This document shows positions 26,141-35,220 of a stretch of 61,258 nucleotides of DNA, piece after piece (position 1 is the first letter of the stretch; each line of letters starts with the position of its first letter). Made by a program: the position numbers and the translations under genes. Source of the stretch: a virus (taxonomy: Duplodnaviria > Caudoviricetes); IMG/VR virus record IMGVR_UViG_3300035204_001041, positions 1 to 61,258 of that record; one strand, 5' to 3'. Below the pieces are notes generated by a model. The model had not been told where the DNA came from and did not search any database. It was given only the letters and a program-made list of their open reading frames with translations.

Positions 26141-27718
26141 GTGTTAGTGACTGCCAAAGCAGCCACATTGCAATCGTATCACCCTAGCGTACTGTCAACA
26201 ACTATTGCTGGCTCTACGCTCGGTGAAAACAGCCCATTAGTAGGCTTACAATCCAGTAATGCCTACAATCTAGCGTGCCCGGACACATCTGTATCTCGGG
26301 CTAATCGTGCTTTGTACTGGGTTTTCGGCGAACTCAAGCAAAACACCATGCAAAAGCTCAAAAATGGCTTCTGGTACATAGAAATATGCCCAACTTATTT
26401 ATCCTCTATTGAAGGCATCAGTAGGTGGGCAGCAAGCGAAGCTTGGCACCAATCAAAGAAAGCAATCCCATGGCTTGAAGTAAAGCTCAAAAGTGCAGTT
26501 GCTATGGGTGCAAAGATCAGGAGCCTAAAACGAGGGCAAAAGTGGGGTAGGCACCTACTTCTCACTGAAGATGGTAAGAAATCTTACATTAGGTGTGCAA
26601 AACTTTGCCGTGATGCAGGTTTTTTTGAAGCCTTTGGTGAGCCGCACAATGCTCAACAGCCCTTAGTTGGGGTGGTTGGCCTGCCACACGCACTAAGAGG
26701 CTTACAGTGCGATTCAGGCAAGCGTACTGCCGCCGTTAGCTGCCCGCTTGGGCACCAACACAAACACGCAGATAAATCACCTTCACTTATTTTGTGGCGC
26801 AATGGCTCAAGCCCTACAGGGGGAGCAAAGTGCTTCACTTGCGGGGCCAAGTTTGCGGTTCGCTACAACCAGCAAAATGCACAACTATACACCCCCAGAT
26901 TAGAGAAGGTTAAAAGCGCCCAAACACCCAAAACCGCGCCTTTTTTTAGTCACCAGCACAATAAAAACCTAATAGGTTGTAAAGGTACTCCTATAGGCGG
27001 TCATGTTGCTACTACGGATCGTTCTTATAGGCATGTTGGGGCTAGGTTATTTGGGGTGTGTGTTGACGGCTCCGCTCAAACAAAGCGGTCCATTGGCTCA
27101 GGGCTAAAAGGCGGCCCAATACAGGCCCTAAAATGGTCCGAAAACAGGAGTAAAGGCGAATCAGCGCGTGGAAAAGCCAACTTATTGAGTAGCTGCATTG
27201 ATTTAGACCTTACAAAGCAAAGCAAACACTGGTCACCAACATCTCTGGTATCTGTTTCATCCATGCGCCCGTCTGAATGGGTCAATGTTGGCCCCTATAA
27301 AAGACCATCTAAGTGGACTGCTGCACGCCAAAAGTGGCTTCTGTTTGATTTGGACGACATATGCCTAGAAAACGCCGAAAAAACACTACCAAATAGCATT
27401 TTAGAGCTTTTTGGCGGACATGATGAGTTTACTGGAACTGCGGCTGTTGTACAGACTGGCCCTGTTGGCCTTCAAATATGGGTAGAGCTAAAAAATGAGC
27501 GATTTAGCCCTGATTCTTGGTTTTCCCAAGAAAATGTCCGCTCTTGGTACAGATCAATAGGAAGCGCGATCTTGAAAAAAGCACAAGAAAGCGGCTGTTT
27601 GGGTGGAAAAGTAGACATGGCAAGCTGCGCACCTGGCAGGTTTGGAAGAAGGCCAGGGTGGAGGCTATTGCCTGATGGGAATGTCTTTAGATCGAGTCTT
27701 TTGGGTGTGAAAAACTAA
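26141..27718 (+). CDS. Zn-finger + AEP/RepB'-like primase-domain protein
   Basis: CPLGHQH...DKSPSL...CFTCG (CHC2-like); C-terminal LFDLDD, VQTGPVGLQIW and D......RFGRRPG. Start uncertain. Confidence 0.6.
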   Translation: MLVTAKAATLQSYHPSVLSTTIAGSTLGENSPLVGLQSSNAYNLACPDTSVSRANRALYWVFGELKQNTMQKLKNGFWYIEICPTYLSSIEGISRWAASEAWHQSKKAIPWLEVKLKSAVAMGAKIRSLKRGQKWGRHLLLTEDGKKSYIRCAKLCRDAGFFEAFGEPHNAQQPLVGVVGLPHALRGLQCDSGKRTAAVSCPLGHQHKHADKSPSLILWRNGSSPTGGAKCFTCGAKFAVRYNQQNAQLYTPRLEKVKSAQTPKTAPFFSHQHNKNLIGCKGTPIGGHVATTDRSYRHVGARLFGVCVDGSAQTKRSIGSGLKGGPIQALKWSENRSKGESARGKANLLSSCIDLDLTKQSKHWSPTSLVSVSSMRPSEWVNVGPYKRPSKWTAARQKWLLFDLDDICLENAEKTLPNSILELFGGHDEFTGTAAVVQTGPVGLQIWVELKNERFSPDSWFSQENVRSWYRSIGSAILKKAQESGCLGGKVDMASCAPGRFGRRPGWRLLPDGNVFRSSLLGVKN

Positions 27719-28056
27719 ACCCTTCCATAGTCATCTTGAATACGCACTACATCACCATCATCGTGTGTGCTTACTTCAGCAACAATGACGTAGTTACAAC
27801 CTTCCGCACAACCCATTCTATGCACGCTTTCAGGGGGGATATGTGCCCCCATGCCTGGATCAAGCTCTGTATGCGCCCCATCTTGCTCGAAAGCTAAACG
27901 GCCATGCAACACGATAATCGTTTCCTCTTTGCGTTGATGGTACTGCAATGAAAGCCGTTGACCTTTTTCAATGCGCATCAACTTCCCAGTATATTTCCCA
28001 GGAACATCAGCCCATATCAATGTGCTTCCCCAAGGTGAATGTTTAGTTTCACCCAC
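27715..28056 (-). CDS. Cupin (mannose-6-phosphate isomerase type II C-terminal-like)
   Basis: PWG...GQRLSLQYHQRKEET...HIPPESVHR...EVST...DVVRIQDDYGR. Confidence 0.85.
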   Translation of the reverse strand: MGETKHSPWGSTLIWADVPGKYTGKLMRIEKGQRLSLQYHQRKEETIIVLHGRLAFEQDGAHTELDPGMGAHIPPESVHRMGCAEGCNYVIVAEVSTHDDGDVVRIQDDYGRV

Positions 28057-29092
28057 CGATCACCTTCCCCTTAAGGCTTGGCCAAATTTTCCGAGACAAC
28101 TTGTTTCTTTGCGGTTTGTTGTGGACGTTTTCTACTGTTTCTAAATCAGCCTTGTTTGGTAGGGATAATTTAGGCAAAAGACCAGCCCTGGTGCCGCTTT
28201 TAGCATTGCATCTATCACAAGGGCTAAAGCCACGTTCCTTTTGCTGTAGGAACTTACGGGCCGCAGTAAACTCTGGCCCCCACCAAATGCTGTGAAGCGT
28301 TCTTTCTTTCACATTTCCACAGGTGTACTCATGGCCCCAGTCCATGCAGCAGATATTGACGTTCCCGTTGTAGCAAACGGTGATTTCCCTAAATGGCTGC
28401 GTACAAGTCCTGCTGTATGGCTCATCAGGGATCGGCTGATCGGCGGCATTTCCCGCATGGTTCATAAGTGTTCTTGAACCGCTTTCGCCGCTACGAATAC
28501 CAATGTCATCCATAACGATGATTAAACCTGTGATCTTCCTCTTGTAGTTGTAATAGGGCGAGATCCCTTGCGGAATGCACTCATCATAAAAGTCTAAGAC
28601 CTTTACCCTGGAAACTTCGCTTGCAAGTTGCTGTAGCTTGGTTCTTTCAGGCTCATATGTGTCTAAAATCACAATATCAATGCCTGCATCAAACGCTTTC
28701 ATAGCGTGTGTTTCTACGGGGTTTCTGCTTTTTTTATCCCGCATCCATGTTCGACCATTAGTCGTTAGTTGAAACTGCGTATTGGGCAAATATCGCCTAA
28801 AAAGGCCGATTATTTCTTCCCACTCTGGGTGTAGGGTTGGCTCTCCATGCATTGCAAACTCTACGCGAGCATTAGGGCAAAGCTGGGCTAGCTGTTTAGC
28901 GGTAAGTTCAGCAACCTCTATGCCCATGAAGTGGTATGGCTGGCCAACTGCTTCCCTGATCCCATTTAGTCCACAAAAAGTGCAAAGCCGATTGCACCCT
29001 TCTGTCAGTTCTAACTGAACGGACCAAGGCGCATGCAGCCCCTCGCTTTTCCCACTTTTACCGACTTGCTTTTTCTTTTTTAGAATGGGCAT
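28049..29092 (-). CDS. Radical SAM enzyme with SPASM/twitch domain
   Basis: CNRLCTFC, HGEPTLHP, TTNG; C-terminal CTQPF...CCMD...CDRC. Confidence 0.92.
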   Translation of the reverse strand: MPILKKKKQVGKSGKSEGLHAPWSVQLELTEGCNRLCTFCGLNGIREAVGQPYHFMGIEVAELTAKQLAQLCPNARVEFAMHGEPTLHPEWEEIIGLFRRYLPNTQFQLTTNGRTWMRDKKSRNPVETHAMKAFDAGIDIVILDTYEPERTKLQQLASEVSRVKVLDFYDECIPQGISPYYNYKRKITGLIIVMDDIGIRSGESGSRTLMNHAGNAADQPIPDEPYSRTCTQPFREITVCYNGNVNICCMDWGHEYTCGNVKERTLHSIWWGPEFTAARKFLQQKERGFSPCDRCNAKSGTRAGLLPKLSLPNKADLETVENVHNKPQRNKLSRKIWPSLKGKVIGG

Positions 29093-29093
29093 T

Positions 29094-29807
29094 TTAGAGG
29101 GCTAAAAGAATCTCGTCTTTTCTCTTAGGGTTGTCCTTTAGCATTCCCGGCCACTTTTCTTTCAGTTGCCGAATGGTTTGCTGTTCCAACTCACTTGTGC
29201 GGTAATCGCACGCGCCGCCCTTGTTTGTCCTGTGAGCAAATGTTGCCAAGACTGCGTTGCATCGGGCGATCACACCATATTTCATCAAATGCTGAAGAGT
29301 ATAGTCATAGTCTTCTTTCAACCTTAGCTCTTCATCAAACCTAAGCGTTGTTGGCTTCACCATAATGAAATCACCAACCACAAACGCACTGGTATGAATC
29401 GGCTTTTTCGGGTTGAAAAAGAAAGCATTAGCGGTAGGCGCTACTCCACACATATATGCACCGGATGTTTCCAATGCATTGGACATGAGGCTTACTGCAT
29501 CATCTAAAGATGCTTCTTTCTTCTCAGCCTTATTAGAGGCAACCTCAAGCCTCCTTAGATCATCACTAAGCTCAATAGCTGGAAGATCATGTGCAAATGC
29601 ATCATCTAAGATGGCATTTCTGCTGCGGCATAGGCCGCCAGACTCAATGACATTAGTGGCACCCATGATTTTGTATGCCTGGGCTTCACCATCCCCCACA
29701 TACCAAGTCATTGGGCCGCAAAGCTTCTCCATTTTTGGGACGTTTTTAGCCCTCTTGTGGGAGATCACACCAATGAATAGTTTCACGCCACCAATGCGCC
29801 TAATCAT
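29094..29807 (-). CDS. TET-associated glycosyltransferase (TAGT/GREB1-like, GT-A fold)
   Basis: ISHKRA, SRNAILD, LSDD, FDEELRLKEDYDYTLQH, NKGGA; lies in the TET operon. Confidence 0.8.
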   Translation of the reverse strand: MIRRIGGVKLFIGVISHKRAKNVPKMEKLCGPMTWYVGDGEAQAYKIMGATNVIESGGLCRSRNAILDDAFAHDLPAIELSDDLRRLEVASNKAEKKEASLDDAVSLMSNALETSGAYMCGVAPTANAFFFNPKKPIHTSAFVVGDFIMVKPTTLRFDEELRLKEDYDYTLQHLMKYGVIARCNAVLATFAHRTNKGGACDYRTSELEQQTIRQLKEKWPGMLKDNPKRKDEILLAL

Positions 29808-31078
29808 GCTTTATCCCCATTATATACATAAATGATATTGCCATTATGGTCTGTGCCATCTGGTTCCATGATCCCTTCAAACATTTTGTATGGAGATTGC
29901 CCGGCATTTGGGTTGTTCCACAACCAATTCATGTAGTCATACATTGTATGATCTAAAAACTTGGCCCTTGCGTCTGTTCCGCGTGTATTGAAGCCAGAAG
30001 CTCTTCTCCACAAGAAGCCTTTCAAGTGATCCATTTCGCCATTCGCGGTAATGTCATCCCAGGTTACTTTCCCGGTTCTCTTACACTTTAGAAGAGCCTC
30101 AGTAAACTGCCCTTTGCTGGCATTATGGTCTTGGCCTAGGCCACAACAATTTGAATCACAACTGCGCTCTTTGAAATGTGCGTCAGAAACATAGAAACGC
30201 ATACCTATTTCTTTACACAAGTCGTCCATTTCATCTATAAATGGTTTTTTGACTTTTCTATTCAATCTCAAATAACCGTGAGCGTAACTATACTTTTTAT
30301 AAAAAGATAAGTAATTAAACCCAGAGGCCCTTGACATTACTTTTAGTTTCTCTTTCAAGCCTTTACTGCGCTGCTCTAAACAGAAAAACTCAGTAGACAT
30401 TGACATAGCCCCGCGTTCGTGGGCTTCCCTAATAAGGTCTAAATGGCCAGGAGATGTGATCCCTATCATAAACGGCCTAAGTCTTAGAATCGCCCCACCA
30501 CAGTTTAAATTCGTTATGTCTTCAATAAGCTTTAGCCTTGCCCGAGGAGGGGGCGTCCCTGGCTCTACAATTTTAGCTTTCCATGTATCTTGAGTAATAA
30601 GGGTGACTTTTACAGTCCATTTAGGATTATTCCTAAATAATTCAGCATACCGTTCGTCCCGAACCCACCACGTTCCCTTTGTGGAAAAGGTTAGTGGGTA
30701 GTCTAACTCTCTCAAGAACCTAAGTATTTCTAAGCCAACGCCGTGTTTTTTTTCTAACGTACAGAATGGATCTGCCATTCCGCCCCACTGCATTACCTTC
30801 TTAGATTTTATATATTCACCAAACTGAGAGGAATCAGGATCTAAGAAATGCTTCTTAAAACTTTTAACATTTACAGCTTTAGGTCTATTTGCTAAATAGG
30901 CTTCTCTTCGACTTGCCCCACATTCTTTTTGGAAGGCAGCGAAGCAATACAAACACCCCCAAGTACAAAGACTGTACTGATCAAATGTCATGGGCATTGA
31001 ACAATCAGCAACCTCATTGCTCCACCTAGGGGAGTGATAATACCCTTTGTCTAGTTCTGGTATCATAATTCTGCCCAA
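29804..31078 (-). CDS. Radical SAM enzyme, spore-photoproduct-lyase-like
   Basis: CTWGCLYCFA, GGMADPF, STKG, EPGTPPPRARL, LRLRPF; extra CCG. Confidence 0.85.
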   Translation of the reverse strand: MGRIMIPELDKGYYHSPRWSNEVADCSMPMTFDQYSLCTWGCLYCFAAFQKECGASRREAYLANRPKAVNVKSFKKHFLDPDSSQFGEYIKSKKVMQWGGMADPFCTLEKKHGVGLEILRFLRELDYPLTFSTKGTWWVRDERYAELFRNNPKWTVKVTLITQDTWKAKIVEPGTPPPRARLKLIEDITNLNCGGAILRLRPFMIGITSPGHLDLIREAHERGAMSMSTEFFCLEQRSKGLKEKLKVMSRASGFNYLSFYKKYSYAHGYLRLNRKVKKPFIDEMDDLCKEIGMRFYVSDAHFKERSCDSNCCGLGQDHNASKGQFTEALLKCKRTGKVTWDDITANGEMDHLKGFLWRRASGFNTRGTDARAKFLDHTMYDYMNWLWNNPNAGQSPYKMFEGIMEPDGTDHNGNIIYVYNGDKA

Positions 31079-31743
31079 CCAAGATCTCTAACTGGGAACA
31101 TTTTTTTATGTTCTAAATTAGATTCATCACCTATATTCAGGCGAGTTTTGATTGCTTGTTCCTCTTTATCACAAGTGTAGACCAATACTATTGTTTTAGC
31201 CCTATCGTCTAAAACGCCATCAATGCGCTCTAGTTTATCTGGTTCAAGATCAAGGCCATCAAATAGACCATTTGGCATATCTAAATTTTCAATTAGAGCA
31301 TCAAACTCATCATTACCCCAACCCAATGTAGTTAGGTCTATATTCCTGCTAGCATCTAGCTCTTGAAGAAGCCCCACAAGTATTTCTGAATCCCAATTTG
31401 CAGCTTCAGATAATTTATTATCAGCAATGGCATACGCATTAGCATCTTCTTCATTTTTAAATTGGTGCTGCCTTACTGGTATTAGTCCTGGGCCTGGAGC
31501 GAAAGGGGGGGTAAATTCTGGGTCCTTTTCTAAAAGTAATTTAAGCGCTGCCATTCTGGTGTGGCCAGCTACCAGTCGATTTTTGCCTTCCCAAACCACA
31601 ATTGGGGATACGAATCCAAATCGTTTAATTGATTCTGCAACAGCGGGAATTGCTTCGGTATTGTCTCTTGGGTTCCTATCCCAATCAACAAATTGATCTA
31701 ACGGCAACCATTCGGCGGCTGCCAATATTTTAGCCTTACCCAT
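31063..31743 (-). CDS. ParB/Srx N-terminal domain protein (copy 2)
   Basis: NPRDN..AI..VAESIKRFGF..PIVV...AGHTR...IADNKL. Confidence 0.88.
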   Translation of the reverse strand: MGKAKILAAAEWLPLDQFVDWDRNPRDNTEAIPAVAESIKRFGFVSPIVVWEGKNRLVAGHTRMAALKLLLEKDPEFTPPFAPGPGLIPVRQHQFKNEEDANAYAIADNKLSEAANWDSEILVGLLQELDASRNIDLTTLGWGNDEFDALIENLDMPNGLFDGLDLEPDKLERIDGVLDDRAKTIVLVYTCDKEEQAIKTRLNIGDESNLEHKKMFPVRDLGWAEL

Positions 31744-32614
31744 TTAATGTTCCTCGTTCTTTAGCTTTTGCAAGCTCACCTTCAGGAGAATCACACCCTA
31801 AAATCCCTTCACGGTAATAATGAACAACCGAGATTCTCTCCCAATCCACCTGTTTTTCACCAACAGTATCGTAAGGGGGTACGTTCCCATGCCAAACGCA
31901 AGGGTTGAAAACGATTACGTCGCCATGCCGCAGATCAACAGCGAACCTGTATTCTGGAATAACTAGCTCAAAGCCTTTGTATTCGCCCTTACGAAAGCAA
32001 AGCAGGCAGCCCATTCCATCTTTCAAATCACCGCCATCTTGATGGTAAGCAGAAGCAACAGAGTTGTTGATAGTGAGCGTTGTAAATGGAGTTTCTGGGA
32101 TGATCCATGCACTGTGGGCTTTTTCTACATACTCCATCTGCTTCTTGTATTTCGCAGATGAAACACTTTTGAAGACTTTGGCTACTTCCTGCAAACAAGG
32201 CTGTATTTGTTCCCATTTTTCGGGGTGGTGCTTCAAGAAAGCTGTCTGTCTACAGAAAGGGTGCCTTCCACCTTGTGCTTCAAAAAAGCCAGCTACACAG
32301 CTAGAAACATTGCTGGTTCTTGTTTGCTTGGAAAAGGTGCCATCTGGCAATAGCTGCGGAACCCTTGTTTCCCCAGCGTAAACACCCCTGTTGTCGCTCT
32401 TAAAACGCTTCATGTAATGGTAGACAGGGTAAGCCTGATCCATGATTTCATCAGGTATAGCGGCCCGCCGATAGCCGACTAAAAGAGTTCCGTCCGAACT
32501 AAAGACATCACATGATTCAGTTAGAATAAAAGAGTAATGCTCTTTAGGTGGGTGCTTGCCCTTCCAGGGCCGGATCTGTTCTTCCGGTATCTTTGAACGG
32601 ACAACAACCCTCAT
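31736..32614 (-). CDS. TET/JBP-family Fe(II)/2-oxoglutarate dioxygenase
   Basis: PFCRQT, TPFTTLTIN, HxD motif AYHQDGGD, distal WHGN, RISVVHYYRE. Confidence 0.9.
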   Translation of the reverse strand: MRVVVRSKIPEEQIRPWKGKHPPKEHYSFILTESCDVFSSDGTLLVGYRRAAIPDEIMDQAYPVYHYMKRFKSDNRGVYAGETRVPQLLPDGTFSKQTRTSNVSSCVAGFFEAQGGRHPFCRQTAFLKHHPEKWEQIQPCLQEVAKVFKSVSSAKYKKQMEYVEKAHSAWIIPETPFTTLTINNSVASAYHQDGGDLKDGMGCLLCFRKGEYKGFELVIPEYRFAVDLRHGDVIVFNPCVWHGNVPPYDTVGEKQVDWERISVVHYYREGILGCDSPEGELAKAKERGTLNG

Positions 32615-33279
32615 TTAATAGACTCCGCTGCCTGCTGTACAGTCAGGTAAACAGTGTCCGTGATGTTGTCAGTATCATGCACTTTAGAGAGCTTGTTTAC
32701 CCACATTTGAAAGATGGGGGCTGTTTGATCATCCAAGAAAAGCTGGACCATACGAACACTGCTGTTGGGCATATGCTCTGGGGTAGCTCCCTCTGGAATG
32801 CCTGGTGCAGCCTGACCAACATACTCTTCCGCTGGTGGCTCTAAGCTAAGTGCCTCAAAGTCTCCTGCAAACTGCGCCAAAAGCCCCTCAATCTCTTCAC
32901 CACTAAAGCCTAGGGAAGTAGGATCAAAGTCATCACTTACATGCGACAGCGCTTGAAGGTGGCTTGCAAGGGTCTGCTCGTCCCAACCTGCCAACTCACC
33001 CGTGCGGTTCAAAGAGATAGAAAGTTTGCGTGCTTGTTCGTCACTTACGTCTAGCAAGACAACATCAACCTTAGACTTTCCAAGGCTTTTCAGGACGCTC
33101 AGCCTTCCGTTTCCTCCAATGACGCGCATAGAGTTGTTTTGAACAACTAAAGGCTCAACCTGACCGTGTTCTTCAAGACTTGCCTTGATGGCAGCAAGGT
33201 TTTTCTCATCGTGAACGCGGGGGTTAGCGTCATCAGGAATCAGGCTATCAATATCTACACTTTGAAAGTTCATATACAC
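32611..33279 (-). CDS. ParB/Srx N-terminal domain protein (copy 1)
   Basis: NPRVHDEKNL..IKASL..HGQVEPLVV...GGNGR...LNRTGELAGWD. Confidence 0.88.
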   Translation of the reverse strand: MYMNFQSVDIDSLIPDDANPRVHDEKNLAAIKASLEEHGQVEPLVVQNNSMRVIGGNGRLSVLKSLGKSKVDVVLLDVSDEQARKLSISLNRTGELAGWDEQTLASHLQALSHVSDDFDPTSLGFSGEEIEGLLAQFAGDFEALSLEPPAEEYVGQAAPGIPEGATPEHMPNSSVRMVQLFLDDQTAPIFQMWVNKLSKVHDTDNITDTVYLTVQQAAESIK

Positions 33280-33280
33280 C

Positions 33281-33556
33281 TCAAAAAAAAGAAGAGATCA
33301 AAGCGGCAGCACAACTGCCGACCAATGTACCGATAAGCGAACCAATCATAACTGCTTTGGTGGAAAGCTGGTTTCTTGACTGTTCGTATTCAGGGGGAGC
33401 TAGAACAAATGCCATTTCAGGCATTCCTGCACGCTCTACCACAAAGTGTGAAACCACCGTCCAGCCCTTTTCCATTAGGGCTGCGAGCGCGGGATCTTCT
33501 ACTGTCCGTTTTGGATCAGCCAGAGATATAAAATGAACCGTAAGCCTTTTGCTCAT
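33281..33556 (-). CDS. Hypothetical protein with C-terminal TM helix
   Basis: 91 aa, hydrophobic tail. Confidence 0.7.
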   Translation of the reverse strand: MSKRLTVHFISLADPKRTVEDPALAALMEKGWTVVSHFVVERAGMPEMAFVLAPPEYEQSRNQLSTKAVMIGSLIGTLVGSCAAALISSFF

Positions 33557-33813
33557 TTTGCTCGCCTGGTTCTAATGATTCCTTTGTTGAAAACAGCGGA
33601 CCTTATTCTTCCCCCATAGTGGAAAAACCCTAGCCTCTCATTTGGGGCGCTTGCTTTGTGTCGCTTTTCCATTTTTTGGAATGCGGCTTTGTCAGCAGGA
33701 TTCATTTCTGACCAATGGGCTTCTTGCAACAAGGTGCCAGCCGTGATCTTCAGTGTTTTCTTCACCGAGCCACCCTCAAAAAACACCATGTCTTTTATTG
33801 CTTTATAAGCCAA
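33553..33813 (-). CDS. Small basic hypothetical protein
   Basis: 86 aa, overlap-coupled. Confidence 0.7.
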   Translation of the reverse strand: MAYKAIKDMVFFEGGSVKKTLKITAGTLLQEAHWSEMNPADKAAFQKMEKRHKASAPNERLGFFHYGGRIRSAVFNKGIIRTRRAK

Positions 33814-34693
33814 CGTTCATCCTATTAGAAACCTGCACGATGGTTTTCTTGATTACATCTCCATTTAGCTCAAACGCAAAATCTTTCTCTCCATCAACCT
33901 TTTGGGCTTCAATCTGATTGCTTGCGTACATCATTCCAATGGATTCAATCAGATCGTGCCAGCTTGCAGGCCCCCCAATCTTCTCCATTTCTTCTTGATA
34001 AGTACCTAAAAGTTCATCGAAATGGAAGCCGGGTTGTGGCACCACTAAAATAGAAGAGGCAATCTTATATGGCTCTGTGACCTCTATACGGCCAAGCTCA
34101 ATAGTCTCAACCACCAAGGACTGTTCACCTTGCTCAACCACCAAGCCGCAGAAGCTTTGCTCTTCGTCAACTTCGATTAATGCAACTCTTCCGCATAGAT
34201 CGTTTTCAGGCTCTGGTGCTGGCTCTGGCTCGCTTGCGCCAAACAAGTGAAGCTGGTGTGTGTCTAGCGCCAAAGTGATGATTTCATCAAGCTTGTACAC
34301 AAGTGCAGAAGCTGAGTGGGGAAGCAAACCATGCAGGCGAAGCCTTACTACAAGTGCTGACTCCTGCCCATTTACGTTGACAACGCAATGCCTAATGTCA
34401 GCATGGCCAGAAGCAATCTTTTCCGGGGTAGGTGATCCCGCATCAGTAATACTCACATGCAGTAAATCGTAGCCACTACTTGACTTTACGGAACCTTTTG
34501 CGCCCTCCTGTCCAGCACGCCAAGACTGCAAAGCCCCCGGCACATATTGGTTAGCAATGACTGCGTCTGCTTCATCCGTCATATTGAAGGAAATATCAAT
34601 GTCCCAGGCGATCTCCCCGGTTCCATCGCGGCGTGGGGTAGCACGGCACAAACGGCCATCAGCTTTTGTGGGCATTTCTTTTAAGCACAACAT
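33803..34693 (-). CDS. Hypothetical protein
   Basis: 296 aa, AGGAG RBS. Confidence 0.8.
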   Translation of the reverse strand: MLCLKEMPTKADGRLCRATPRRDGTGEIAWDIDISFNMTDEADAVIANQYVPGALQSWRAGQEGAKGSVKSSSGYDLLHVSITDAGSPTPEKIASGHADIRHCVVNVNGQESALVVRLRLHGLLPHSASALVYKLDEIITLALDTHQLHLFGASEPEPAPEPENDLCGRVALIEVDEEQSFCGLVVEQGEQSLVVETIELGRIEVTEPYKIASSILVVPQPGFHFDELLGTYQEEMEKIGGPASWHDLIESIGMMYASNQIEAQKVDGEKDFAFELNGDVIKKTIVQVSNRMNVGL

Positions 34694-34814
34694 TGGCTTT
34701 CTCCTGCTTTGTTTTAGGCTTTAGAACTAAAAAACGCACCCATCGCGTTTAGTTATTATGAATAAATCAGTCGGCCTGTTGTTTACCTAACTGAAAAGCC
34801 TCGTACATATAGAG

Positions 34815-34848
34815 GATAAGACCTAAGCTTAGATAAGGCCTAAGCTTA
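34815..34848. repeat. Two tandem 17-bp repeats GATAAGRCCTAAGCTTA
   Basis: 34815-34831 and 34832-34848, one mismatch; each contains the palindrome TAAGCTTA; intergenic. Confidence 0.8.
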
Positions 34849-34915
34849 CCGCCCTTCTTTACCGCATATCTAGCCTCTAAAAGCCAGCCAACAAACACTG
34901 GGTCATCTTGCCACT

Positions 34916-35212
34916 TCATTGGGAGTTGCACTTGCTGAGAAGATCAGTGAGCAAAGTGAAGTTGGAAACCATATTCTCGTGCGCTGCCTTTAGATCCCTG
35001 ATTTCCCGTTTAGCTTTTTTTAGCTCATCAGCATCATCAGGGCATGTTGGTTGCACAACCTCGGCTGGTTCTGGCTTGTGAGAACTGTGGGTAAGTTCAA
35101 GCCCGCCCACACCCAGGGCACCGCCTCCCGCAACATAGATAAGAATCCAGGCCCAAGGCGGCATTTGGGAAGGAAGCATTTGGGACACTGGGCTTTTATC
35201 CCCGTCACCCAT
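34916..35212 (-). CDS. TM + coiled-coil hypothetical protein
   Basis: 98 aa; hydrophobic segment followed by a heptad region. Confidence 0.7.
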   Translation of the reverse strand: MGDGDKSPVSQMLPSQMPPWAWILIYVAGGGALGVGGLELTHSSHKPEPAEVVQPTCPDDADELKKAKREIRDLKAAHENMVSNFTLLTDLLSKCNSQ

Positions 35213-35220
35213 TTTTACTA

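Noticed and set aside
29804-31078. True spore photoproduct lyase (DNA repair)
   Set aside because: Only family-level similarity; the operon context favours a modification role, though this is untested.
31063-33279. ParB genes as a plasmid-like partition system
   Set aside because: No ParA and no HTH/dimerisation region evident; ParB/Srx domains are common companions of phage DNA modification genes.
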